Assembly: GCA_963675855.1 (NCBI GenBank)
Contig: OY776633.1
Coordinates: 1,242,546-1,306,545 of the forward strand
Length of the DNA: 64,000 nucleotides
Origin: Christensenellaceae bacterium
GTDB lineage: Bacteria; Bacillota; Clostridia; Christensenellales; CAG-138
Direction: 5' to 3'
Shown here: piece by piece, positions 1-8,814 of the stretch
How positions within the stretch are numbered: the first letter of the stretch is position 1
Layout: each line of letters starts with the position of its first letter
Notes under the pieces: model-generated
Database searches by the model: none
Seen by the model: the letters and a program-made list of their open reading frames with translations, nothing else
What the model was told of the DNA's origin: nothing
Program-made: the position numbers and the translations under genes

Positions 1-203
1 GCGTCGTAACGATTGAGGAAGCCACGGCTTTTCTGCCGGAGCTGCGGTTTTTGCCAGACCGCGTGATTCCGACGAAAAACGGGCTGGATACGCGCCTGCG
101 CGATACGGCGGACGGCATGGTGCGCGCCTACGGCGGAGGAGAATTTCTCGGTATCGGCGAGGTATCATCCGGGAGTTTCCGGCTTACGATTCACCTTTAT
201 TAA
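1..203 (+). CDS. truB: tRNA pseudouridine(55) synthase TruB, C-terminal fragment (5' end outside the window)
   Basis: An open frame enters from the left edge and stops at TAA 201-203. The tail ...DGMVRAYGGGEFLGIGEVSSGSFRLTIHLY looks like a TruB C-terminus, and truB-ribF adjacency is typical. The call rests on only ~67 aa. Confidence 0.55.
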   Translation, partial: VVTIEEATAFLPELRFLPDRVIPTKNGLDTRLRDTADGMVRAYGGGEFLGIGEVSSGSFRLTIHLY

Positions 204-315
204 TGAAAAACAGATATTAATCATATAAGATTTTGATACAAAACAGGCATTGATAAAAAACAGGCGCACGTTTCATCTGACGACGGAATGCGCCGACCTG
301 CTGACAGAGGATATT

Positions 316-1218
316 ATGACACAGAAAACCCCCGCCGTCGTCGCGCTCGGCATGTTCGACGGCGTACACATCGGTCACAGGGCGCTCGTGGAACGCTTGC
401 TGAGCGAGGCGAAGCGTGCGAGCGCAATCCCCGCCGTCTATACGTTCTCCAATCATCCGCTCGATGTGCTCGGCGGCAGCGTCCGGCTGCTCTCCGGCTT
501 GCCCGAACGAAACCGGATGCTCTTTGCCCTCGGAGCGGAGCAGGTGGAGAGCGTGCCTTTTACGCGCGAGTTTGCGGCAAAGAGCACGGAGCAGTTCGTC
601 GAAATGCTTGCTCGGTTATGGGATATCCGTGCGCTCGTCGTAGGGTACAACTACACCTGCGGCGACCGGGGCGTGGGCACGCCGGAAACCCTGCATCAGA
701 TTGGGGATCGTCGTGGTTTTCCCGTTTTTGTCGTTCAACCCGTGCTTTACGAAGGCGAACCGGTGTCCAGCACGCGCATCCGCGAGGCCATCGAACGAGG
801 GGATGTTGCGCTCGCGCAGCAATTGCTCGGCAGGAGCTACATGCTGAGCGGACTGGTGATGCCGAACAAGCGCATTGGACATGCGATCGGGTTTCCCACG
901 GCGAATATCGAACCGGGTCCAGGGCGCGTTATTCCTGCGGACGGCGTATATGCGACAATCGCTTCCGCCAACGGAAAAGACTACCGCGCGGTGACGAATA
1001 TCGGAGACAACCCGACCGTTCGCGGCACGAAGAGAACGATTGAAACCTATATAATCGGCGTTGACGAGGATCTCTACGGCAAAACGCTTTCCATTGCGTT
1101 TCGAAAGATGCTGCGAGGGGAACGTACGTTCCGTTCGCTCGACGAATTGAAGGAACAGATTCGCGCAGATATTATGCAGGCTGAGGCTTTGCCGGACGGC
1201 GCGGAAAGCGAACGCTGA
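316..1218 (+). CDS. ribF: Bifunctional riboflavin kinase / FMN adenylyltransferase
   Basis: The ORF is 250..1218. The likely start is M23 (MTQKTPAVVALGMFDGVHIGH), which carries the nucleotidyltransferase HxGH motif. The C-terminal riboflavin kinase part has GFPTANI...TIETYI. Confidence 0.9.
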   Translation: MTQKTPAVVALGMFDGVHIGHRALVERLLSEAKRASAIPAVYTFSNHPLDVLGGSVRLLSGLPERNRMLFALGAEQVESVPFTREFAAKSTEQFVEMLARLWDIRALVVGYNYTCGDRGVGTPETLHQIGDRRGFPVFVVQPVLYEGEPVSSTRIREAIERGDVALAQQLLGRSYMLSGLVMPNKRIGHAIGFPTANIEPGPGRVIPADGVYATIASANGKDYRAVTNIGDNPTVRGTKRTIETYIIGVDEDLYGKTLSIAFRKMLRGERTFRSLDELKEQIRADIMQAEALPDGAESER

Positions 1219-1255
1219 AGCCCATTCACCGGCTCGATGAAAATAGGAGCCACAG

Positions 1256-1284
1256 TTTACAAGACGAATCGAATATGTTATAGT
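1256..1284 (+). promoter_or_regulatory. Sigma-A-type promoter for rpsO (TTTACA-17-TATAGT)
   Basis: TTTACA is at 1256-1261 and TATAGT at 1279-1284, with a 17-nt spacer. It sits ~90 nt upstream of the rpsO ATG, leaving room for an S15 autoregulatory leader. Confidence 0.5.
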
Positions 1285-1374
1285 GTACGAGTATTCAAAT
1301 GCCGTTTTCCGGGATGTGCGACGCTCCGACGCCGTTCTCAGATTACGGGAAAAAGAAAAAGGGGAAGATTACCA

Positions 1375-1632
1375 ATGAACAAACAGGAAACAATCGAAAA
1401 ATTCGCGCTGCATGACGGCGACACCGGCTCTCCTGAAGTGCAGATCGCGCTTCTGACCGAGCGCATCAACCACCTCAACGAGCACCTCAAGCTCCATACG
1501 AAGGATCACCATTCGCGCCGCGGGCTGCTCAAGATGGTTGGTCAGCGCAGGGGTCTGTTGAACTACCTCAAAGAGAAGGACATCGAGCGTTACAGAGCGA
1601 TCGCTGCAAGCCTGAATATCCGTATTAAATAA
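1375..1632 (+). CDS. rpsO: 30S ribosomal protein S15
   Basis: [10 protein letters not shown]...[39 protein letters not shown] is a classic S15 sequence. A GGGGAAG RBS lies upstream. Confidence 0.96.
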   Translation: MNKQETIEKFALHDGDTGSPEVQIALLTERINHLNEHLKLHTKDHHSRRGLLKMVGQRRGLLNYLKEKDIERYRAIAASLNIRIK

Positions 1633-1640
1633 ATGGAAAA

Positions 1641-1668
1641 GGCGGGGCTGCTCCCGCCTTTCTTTTTA
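1641..1668 (+). terminator. Rho-independent terminator after rpsO
   Basis: GGCGGG-loop-CCCGCC hairpin followed by TTTCTTTTT. Confidence 0.7.
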
Positions 1669-1783
1669 TATGCATAATTGCCGTCAAAAGCCAGAAATCG
1701 CCGGAACGACGCGACGGCAGCGGCAAGCACAACTAAGGTATTATTAAAAAGAAGATAAAGAAAAGAAGGAGCAAATTAAAACA

Positions 1784-3880
1784 ATGGAAAGAAACTTCCA
1801 AATGCAGCTTGGCGGGCGGACGTTGATCGTCGAAACCGGCAAGTACGCCGAACAGGCGGGCGGAAGCTGCCTCGTACGCATGGGCGATACGGCGGTGCTC
1901 GTTTGCGCCACCGTTGCTAAGAATGCACGCGACGGCGTGGATTTTCTGCCGCTTTCGGTGGAATATCAGGAAAAACTCTACTCGGTCGGCAAGATTCCCG
2001 GCGGATTCATCAAGCGAGAGGGGCGCCCGACAGAACGCGCGATTCTCAGCTCGCGTCTGATTGACAGGCCGCTGCGGCCGCTGTTCCCCAAAGGATTCTA
2101 CAGGGACGTGCAGGTGGTCGCCACCGTTATGTCGGTCGAGCAGGATGTACAGCCCGAAATCCTCGCGATGATCGGGTCGTCCGCCGCTCTGGCAATCAGC
2201 GAAGCGCCGTTTTCCGGTCCGACGGGTTCTGTGGCGGTCGGCATGATCGACGGCGAATACGTCATCAACCCTGACGTCGCGCAGCGCGAAGCAAGCAGCC
2301 TGAGCCTCACGGTCGCTGGTACGAAAGACGCGGTTATGATGGTCGAAGCGGGCGCGAACGAAGTATCCGAAGAGGAAATGCTCGGCGCGATCCTTTTTGC
2401 GCACGAGGAAATCAAGAAGATCGTTTCGTTCATCTCCGAAATCGAAGCGGAAGTCGGCAAGCAGAAAATCGAGCCGGAGATCTATCATCCCGACGAAGAG
2501 CTCGAAGCGAAGGTTCGCGCCTTTGCATTCGACAAAGTCGTCTGGTCGCTGGACACCTTCGAGCGCTCCGAGCGCGATGTACGCGGCGATCAGGTGAAAA
2601 CCGAGACCGTCGAAGCGTTTAAAGAAGAATATCCCGAAGGCGCGAAGGATATCGGCGCGGTGCTTTACGCGATCACAAAAGAAGTCGTACGCGACAAGAT
2701 CATCAACAAGAAGATCCGCCCCGACGGGCGCGCGCAGGACGAGATACGCCCCATCTGGTGCGAAGTCGGCATATTAGGCCGCACGCACGGCAGCGGCGTC
2801 TTCACCCGCGGGCAAACGCAGGTCATGACCATCGCAACCCTCGGCACCGTGTCCGAGTCGCAGACGCTCGACGGGCTCACGCTCGATGAGAGCAAGCGCT
2901 ATATGCACCAGTACAACATGCCGCCCTACAGCGTCGGCGAAGCGAAGCCCATGCGCGGCGTCGGCCGCCGCGAAATCGGGCATGGCGCGCTCGCGGAGCG
3001 CGCGCTCGAGCCGGTTCTGCCGAGCGAAGCGGAGTTTCCGTACTGCATGCGCCTCGTCAGCGAGGTCGTTAGTTCCAACGGCTCCACCTCGCAGGCTTCC
3101 ATCTGCGCGAGCACGCTGGCGCTTCTGGACGCGGGCGTACCGATTAAAAAATCTGTCGCGGGCGTCGCGATGGGGCTCATCAAGGACGATTCCACCGGCA
3201 ACATCGCTATCCTGACGGATATCCAGGGCCTCGAGGACTTCCTCGGCGACATGGACTTCAAAGTAGCGGGTACGCGGGACGGCATCACCGCCATACAGAT
3301 GGACATCAAGATCAAAGGCATCAACCGCGAGATCCTGACCCGTGCGTTGGAACAGGCGCGAAAGGGGCGCATGTTCATCCTCGACAAGATGGACGAAACC
3401 CTACGTGAGCCGCGTGCGGAACTCTCGCCCTATGCGCCGCGCATCATTACCTTTACGATCCATCCGGACAAGATCCGCGAGGTCATCGGCAGCGGCGGAA
3501 AGACGATCAACAAGATCATCGCGGACACCGGCGTGAAGATCGACATCGAAGACGACGGCACGGTCTACATCGCCTCGCCCGACTCGGCGGCGGCGGCGGA
3601 AGCCAGGCGCATCATCGACGGCATCGTCAAGGAAATCGAAGTCGGGGACGTGTACCTCGGCAGCGTGGTGGGCATCAAGGACTTCGGCGCGTTCATCAAC
3701 TTGAAGCCCGGCACGGACGGCCTATTACACATCTCGCGCATTGCAAACAAGCGCGTGGAAAAGGTGGAGGACGTGCTCTCTATGGGAGAACAGGTGCTCG
3801 TACGCGTCATCGACATCGACCCGAAGACAGGGAAGATCAGCCTGACGCGCAAGGACATGCTCCCGCCGGATAAGGACTAA
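1784..3880 (+). CDS. pnp: Polyribonucleotide nucleotidyltransferase (PNPase)
   Basis: 698 aa with two RNase PH-like halves. It contains [18 protein letters not shown], a KH domain ([10 protein letters not shown]) and an S1 domain ([20 protein letters not shown]). Confidence 0.97.
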   Translation: MERNFQMQLGGRTLIVETGKYAEQAGGSCLVRMGDTAVLVCATVAKNARDGVDFLPLSVEYQEKLYSVGKIPGGFIKREGRPTERAILSSRLIDRPLRPLFPKGFYRDVQVVATVMSVEQDVQPEILAMIGSSAALAISEAPFSGPTGSVAVGMIDGEYVINPDVAQREASSLSLTVAGTKDAVMMVEAGANEVSEEEMLGAILFAHEEIKKIVSFISEIEAEVGKQKIEPEIYHPDEELEAKVRAFAFDKVVWSLDTFERSERDVRGDQVKTETVEAFKEEYPEGAKDIGAVLYAITKEVVRDKIINKKIRPDGRAQDEIRPIWCEVGILGRTHGSGVFTRGQTQVMTIATLGTVSESQTLDGLTLDESKRYMHQYNMPPYSVGEAKPMRGVGRREIGHGALAERALEPVLPSEAEFPYCMRLVSEVVSSNGSTSQASICASTLALLDAGVPIKKSVAGVAMGLIKDDSTGNIAILTDIQGLEDFLGDMDFKVAGTRDGITAIQMDIKIKGINREILTRALEQARKGRMFILDKMDETLREPRAELSPYAPRIITFTIHPDKIREVIGSGGKTINKIIADTGVKIDIEDDGTVYIASPDSAAAAEARRIIDGIVKEIEVGDVYLGSVVGIKDFGAFINLKPGTDGLLHISRIANKRVEKVEDVLSMGEQVLVRVIDIDPKTGKISLTRKDMLPPDKD

Positions 3881-3903
3881 ACGAAACTCAAGTCACGCAG
3901 GGG

Positions 3904-3930
3904 GGGCGCGGCGGCAACGCCGCGCCCTTT
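3904..3930 (+). terminator. GC-rich hairpin after pnp (weak T tract)
   Basis: GGGCGCGGCG-GCAA-CGCCGCGCCC is followed by only TTT. Confidence 0.4.
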
Positions 3931-4017
3931 ACACGCGGCAACATCGGTATCGCGCTACGGTGAAATCTGTGGTACAATACGTAATCGTCAGCATACACGG
4001 AAGGGTTTTTACAGCAA

Positions 4018-5277
4018 ATGATACGTCAAACCACTTTGCCAAACGGCATCCGGTTGATCTACGAGAAGATGGAGCATGTGCGCTCCGTTTCCATGGGCGT
4101 ATGGGTGGACACAGGCTCCGTACGCGAAACGACCCTGACGGCGGGCGCGTCGCACCTGATCGAGCACATGGTGTTCAAGGGGACGCGGCGAAGGAGCGCG
4201 GAGCAGATCGCCATCGAGATGGATTCGGTCGGCGGCAACATCAACGCTTTTACGAGCAAGGAATGTACATGCTTCTACGCCAAGGTGCTCGACGAGCATC
4301 TTGATCTTGTTTCCGACGTGCTCTCCGACATCGCGTTTCACAGCGTGTTCGATCCGGAAGAGCTTAAAAAGGAACAGGGCGTCGTGCTCGAGGAAATCCT
4401 CATGAACGAGGACAGCCCGGAGGATTTAGCCGGAGAGGAAAGCGCTGGCCTCTTCTTTGGGGACGAGCCGCTGGCGAGCCCCATACTCGGCTCAAAAGAG
4501 AGCGTGCGCGCGTTTTCGCGCGAAACGCTGCTTGCGTATAAAAACGAGTTCTATGTGCCGAACAACCTCGTCATCTCCTGCGCGGGTAATTTTGACGAAG
4601 CGGCGCTGATCGAATCCGTCACGCGCTGGTTTACCTTATCGCCTTCCGAATCGTCGGCAAAGCCGATCCCACAGCGCTTTCCCGGCGGAAAGAGGGAAAA
4701 GCTGGTCGAAAAAGACGTGGAGCAGATCCATATCTGCGTCACGCTGCCGGGCTTTGCGCGGGACACGAAAGACCAGTACACGCTCGCGGTGCTCTCCAAC
4801 ATCATCGGCGGGAGCATGAGCTCGCGGCTGTTTCAGACCATTCGCGAAAAGCTCGGCCTGGCATACTCCGTCTACTCGTACCCGACGAGCTATACCGGCA
4901 CCGGCACGTTTACGCTCTACGCCGGAACGGGCGAGCAGCAGGCGGCGGAGGTGCTATTGCGCATGGTGGACGAGATCGAAAAAGCGCGCAAAAACGGCGT
5001 GACGAACGACGAACTCGCGCGCTGCCGCGACCAGCTGAAAGGCAGTTATTTATTGGGTATGGAGTCCACCGGCGCGCGCATGAACGCGCTTGGCAGGACG
5101 CTGCTGTTACAAAAACGTGAATATAGCGAGCGGGAAACGCTCCGCCGGATCGAATGTGTTACAATGGATGATATCGAACGGATCCTGCCTGTTTGCCTCG
5201 ATTTGGGGCAGGCGAGCGCGGCGCTTGTCGGCCGCGTGGATAAGCGCAGGGACGCGCTGCTCGGCGTGCTCCGGTAG
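4018..5277 (+). CDS. M16 family (insulinase-like/pitrilysin) zinc peptidase
   Basis: 419 aa with the inverted zinc motif HLIEHMVFKGT (HxxEH) near the N-terminus. Confidence 0.85.
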   Translation: MIRQTTLPNGIRLIYEKMEHVRSVSMGVWVDTGSVRETTLTAGASHLIEHMVFKGTRRRSAEQIAIEMDSVGGNINAFTSKECTCFYAKVLDEHLDLVSDVLSDIAFHSVFDPEELKKEQGVVLEEILMNEDSPEDLAGEESAGLFFGDEPLASPILGSKESVRAFSRETLLAYKNEFYVPNNLVISCAGNFDEAALIESVTRWFTLSPSESSAKPIPQRFPGGKREKLVEKDVEQIHICVTLPGFARDTKDQYTLAVLSNIIGGSMSSRLFQTIREKLGLAYSVYSYPTSYTGTGTFTLYAGTGEQQAAEVLLRMVDEIEKARKNGVTNDELARCRDQLKGSYLLGMESTGARMNALGRTLLLQKREYSERETLRRIECVTMDDIERILPVCLDLGQASAALVGRVDKRRDALLGVLR

Positions 5278-5305
5278 CGAAAACGCGCCGGACGACTTTG
5301 GTTTT

Positions 5306-5698
5306 ATGTTTCGGGAGGAAACCGTATTGGATAAACTGGATCAAATCTTTCAATTGCAGGAATCGCTGGATAGCGACATCGCCGCGCGCAGAAATCTCGA
5401 TTATCCGCGCGAGGTCTGGCTGCAAAAGGAAGTGCTCGCGATGATTTCGGAACTTTCCGAAGTGCTCGACGAGGTCAACTTCAAATGGTGGAAGAATCCC
5501 AAACCGCTCGACGAATCTGCGCTCAAAGGCGAACTGGTCGACGTGCTGCATTTTTTTGTGAGCATGTGCCTCAAAAGCGATATGACCGCCGACGAACTCT
5601 TTTCGCTCTATCAAGCGAAGAACAGGGAGAATTTCGACCGCCAGAACGGAAATTCTGAAAAAAGGGGCTACGAAGCCGTCGGTGAAGCGAATGGCTAG
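5306..5698 (+). CDS. Dimeric dUTPase-like / all-alpha NTP pyrophosphohydrolase family protein
   Basis: The ORF is 5090..5698 and the internal ATG at 5306 gives 130 aa. Its acidic helices (EVLDEVNFKWWK, ELVDVLHFFVS) are typical of the dUTPase_2/MazG-like fold. The family call is from memory. Confidence 0.55.
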   Translation: MFREETVLDKLDQIFQLQESLDSDIAARRNLDYPREVWLQKEVLAMISELSEVLDEVNFKWWKNPKPLDESALKGELVDVLHFFVSMCLKSDMTADELFSLYQAKNRENFDRQNGNSEKRGYEAVGEANG

Positions 5699-6884
5699 AT
5701 CAAGGGTGCGCATCAAAGGCCGGTTTTTCCTCATGCTTCTTATCCTCGTGGGATTCATCGGGATCGTCGCGGTGATCGTGAACGTGACGAAAAAGACCGG
5801 AGAGATCGAGTTCGGCTCACTGGGCGCCGATCTGGAAGTGAACGCCGCCATCATACGCGACGAAAAGATTATCATGTCGGAACCGTACGAGAAGATCACG
5901 TTCGACGTGGTAGAAGGCGAAACGGTCAATAACGACCAGGTCATCGCGCAGCTTTACAAGCGCGGGTACCAGGACGAAACCATGGTGACGCTCTTAAACC
6001 TGCAAAAGCAGATCTATGAGTACCAGAAACAGCTGCTCGGCGGGCAGGAGCCGGCGCAGCTTGCTGAACTCAACAGCAGCATCGAAACGGTCGAACTGCA
6101 GATCCGCGCGGTATCGCGCGGGGAGAGCAGCCTGGACATGCTGGATCTGGAGCAGACGCTCAAAGATCTGGATTCGCAGCGCGTGTCGCTTATGGAGAGC
6201 TCCGTTAACCCCGATACGACACTGACACAGCTGTACAACGATCTCAGAACGCAGCAAAATACGATGTCCGGCTGGAAAAGGGACATCAAGAACACCTCCG
6301 GTACGGGAATCGTGAGCTTCTACTTCGACGGCTACGAACAGGTGCTCTCCGTCAACAAGCTTTCCACGATCAACTCCGCGCTCGTGAAAAACGTGGTCAA
6401 CGGCGGCAATACGGCCAATGTCGCCGACTCGACGAGCGAGGTGCCGCTGTACCGCATCATCAACAACACGCACTGGTTCATCGCGTTTGTCACGAGTTCG
6501 AATGAGCCCATGCGGCTTGCCGAAGGGGAGCAGTACAGCGTGCTGTTTCAGAATTATTCCGATCAGCAGTATACGGCGACCGCACGCGCGAGCACGGTAT
6601 CCGAAAACGCCGTCGTCAACATCCTTGAGTTCAATACGGACATCGGCAAGCTCATCGGCGCGCGCACGGTCAGCGCGACCATCAGCAAGTCCGCGCAGGG
6701 CCTTGTCGTCCCGCTCAAAGCAATTGAGATCGTTGCCGGGATGCCCGGTATCCATATCGCCTACGGCGATACCGTTTTGCGCGTCGAGGTGGATATCCTC
6801 GCGCAGAACGATAAAAAGGCGGTCATCCGCGCGCACAACGCCTCGGATAACCTCACCGCCGGAATGAAGTATGTTAAACCATGA
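5682..6884 (+). CDS. HlyD-family (membrane-fusion/periplasmic-adaptor-like) protein, N-terminally membrane anchored
   Basis: It has one N-terminal TM segment (FFLMLLILVGFIGIVAVIV), a long coiled-coil middle, and a C-terminal beta-barrel-like part (GLVVPLKAIE). The alternative start ATG 5691 is in frame. Confidence 0.6.
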   Translation: MKRMARSRVRIKGRFFLMLLILVGFIGIVAVIVNVTKKTGEIEFGSLGADLEVNAAIIRDEKIIMSEPYEKITFDVVEGETVNNDQVIAQLYKRGYQDETMVTLLNLQKQIYEYQKQLLGGQEPAQLAELNSSIETVELQIRAVSRGESSLDMLDLEQTLKDLDSQRVSLMESSVNPDTTLTQLYNDLRTQQNTMSGWKRDIKNTSGTGIVSFYFDGYEQVLSVNKLSTINSALVKNVVNGGNTANVADSTSEVPLYRIINNTHWFIAFVTSSNEPMRLAEGEQYSVLFQNYSDQQYTATARASTVSENAVVNILEFNTDIGKLIGARTVSATISKSAQGLVVPLKAIEIVAGMPGIHIAYGDTVLRVEVDILAQNDKKAVIRAHNASDNLTAGMKYVKP

Positions 6885-7573
6885 TCGATATTGAAAAGAA
6901 CGTCGCGGAAGTGCGCGCCGAGATGGCGCGCGCCTGCGAACGCGCGAACAGGCGGCCGGAGAGCGTTACGCTCGTGGCGGTATCCAAATATCAGAGCGTG
7001 GAACGCATCCGGGAGGCGCTGGAAGCGGGGCTGACCATCTTTGGAGAGAATCACGCCCAGGAATTGAACGAAAAGAAAACTTTTTTTGAACAGCACGGTT
7101 GCGCCGTGCATTTTATTGGACATCTGCAAACGAATAAGATAAAATATGTCTGCGGTTTTACCGGCCTCATCGAATCGGTGGATCGGCAGAACCTGGCGGG
7201 CCTTCTGAACCAAAAAGCGGAGGCGCGCGAAGTCGTTCAGGATATTTTGATCCAGGTCAACATCGGCGCGGAAGACCAAAAAGGCGGCGTTTCCGGTGAT
7301 GACTTGGATTCTTTCGCGGAATCCATGGCGCATTACCGGCAGCTGCGCCTCCGGGGGCTTATGTGTGTGCCGCCCGCCGTGGAGCCGGAGCAGGCGAGGG
7401 CGTATTTCAAAACGATGCGAGAGCGCTTTATGCGGCTGCGGGAACGATTCGACCCAAGTGTGTTCGACACACTGTCGATGGGAATGAGCCACGATTTTAC
7501 GGTTGCGATCGAAGAAGGCGCGACCGAGGTGCGCATCGGCACGCGGATTTTCGGCGCGCGGGACAAGAAATGA
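6881..7573 (+). CDS. yggS: YggS-family pyridoxal-phosphate homeostasis protein
   Basis: 230 aa with VTLVAVSKYQ (PLP lysine) and TLSMGMSHDF...EVRIGTRIFG. The start overlaps the upstream stop (ATGA). Confidence 0.9.
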   Translation: MIDIEKNVAEVRAEMARACERANRRPESVTLVAVSKYQSVERIREALEAGLTIFGENHAQELNEKKTFFEQHGCAVHFIGHLQTNKIKYVCGFTGLIESVDRQNLAGLLNQKAEAREVVQDILIQVNIGAEDQKGGVSGDDLDSFAESMAHYRQLRLRGLMCVPPAVEPEQARAYFKTMRERFMRLRERFDPSVFDTLSMGMSHDFTVAIEEGATEVRIGTRIFGARDKK

Positions 7574-7631
7574 TTTGAAATGAACGCCGCATTCAAACGA
7601 GCTGCGGCTGACGGTTTTCGGAGGAAAACGG

Positions 7632-8105
7632 ATGGCAAGCCTATATACGAAATTTCTGGATTTTATTGGGATAGAGGAAAGCGACGAGCTGGAAGACGAC
7701 CGCAGGGACGACGGTTATTACCGCGACGAACCGAGCGAGCGTACCCCGGGCCCGTTTTCCAACGCCGGGCGCGCGTCCGCGCCGAGCCGCAGGAACGACC
7801 GCTCCCAGAACGCTTCCGGCGCGAACCTGCCGATTTCCGGCGGCATGAAGATGATCGTGTATCATCCCGTGAGCTACGAGGATACGCAGAGCATCATCGA
7901 CAACCTGAAAAATAGGAAACCCGTCATCGTCAACATGGAGGAGCTGGAGCTGGATACCGCGCAGCGCATCCTCGACTTCCTCTCGGGCGCGGTCTACGCG
8001 CTCAACGGCACGATGTGCAAGATTTCGCGCGGCATTTTCGTCGTCGCGCCGAATAACTACGACGTCGTCGGCAACGGAGAGGACGATTACGGCGACCTCG
8101 TGTAA
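7632..8105 (+). CDS. sepF: Cell division protein SepF
   Basis: It has a disordered N-terminus and the conserved C-terminal domain IVYHPVSYEDTQSIIDNLKNRKPVIVNMEELE...GTMCKISRGIFVVAP. A GGAGGA RBS is present. Confidence 0.9.
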   Translation: MASLYTKFLDFIGIEESDELEDDRRDDGYYRDEPSERTPGPFSNAGRASAPSRRNDRSQNASGANLPISGGMKMIVYHPVSYEDTQSIIDNLKNRKPVIVNMEELELDTAQRILDFLSGAVYALNGTMCKISRGIFVVAPNNYDVVGNGEDDYGDLV

Positions 8106-8205
8106 CGGAATATCGGGACTGAATCGATCGGAACTGTTGGCACATCAGGATGTTGGTGTGCCTGTTTTACAAATTGCGGAGACTCAGGAATAAGGAGGGC
8201 TGGAA

Positions 8206-8814
8206 ATGCGGACGGAGGATATCGTCGAAAAGGTATTCACACGCGCGTTCATGGGATACGACATCGAGCAGGTGGACGTGTTTCTGGACGAGATCATCGA
8301 AGCGCTCGAACGATATGAAGCGGAGAAGCAGGAGATGCTTACCGCAATGGAATACCTGATGAAGAAGCTTGAGCGGGGCCAGACGATGCCGCTTGCGGAT
8401 ATGAAGAAGGCCATAGACTCCGGTCGCACGCAGGCGGAAAAGCCGTCTTCCAAAACCGCGGCGCAGGAACCGAAGAATGCTGCGCGCTCCATCGCGCGCG
8501 GAACAGGGTCTGCAAAATCCATGCGCGCGCCCAAAATCAGCCGCGTAAAGGCCGATCAGGATGCAAAGGACGAGATCATCCGGAAAGCGCAGGCCGAGCA
8601 GCCGCAAGTGCCGCCCGAACAAGCACAGCAGCGCGCCAAGCGCGTCGCCGCGGCGGCGGAGAGCTGGCTCGACGAGCTGCTCATCAACATATCCGAACAT
8701 GAAACCAGCGACGCAAAAGCAGAGCAGCCTCAAGCCGCGCAGGGTACGGCGGACAAGACAGAAACACAGGAATCCATAGCGCCGCAGCCGGAAGAAGGCA
8801 AACCTGAACAATGA
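8206..8814 (+). CDS. DivIVA domain-containing protein
   Basis: The N-terminus FTRAFMGYDIEQVDVFLDEIIEALE is the DivIVA lipid-binding domain. The tail is low-complexity and Q/A/E-rich. Confidence 0.85.
   Translation: MRTEDIVEKVFTRAFMGYDIEQVDVFLDEIIEALERYEAEKQEMLTAMEYLMKKLERGQTMPLADMKKAIDSGRTQAEKPSSKTAAQEPKNAARSIARGTGSAKSMRAPKISRVKADQDAKDEIIRKAQAEQPQVPPEQAQQRAKRVAAAAESWLDELLINISEHETSDAKAEQPQAAQGTADKTETQESIAPQPEEGKPEQ

Noticed and set aside
7580-7915. A 111-aa ORF between yggS and sepF.
   Set aside because: It overlaps sepF out of frame, has an Arg/Pro-rich translation and has no RBS. sepF has a GGAGGA RBS and a conserved domain.
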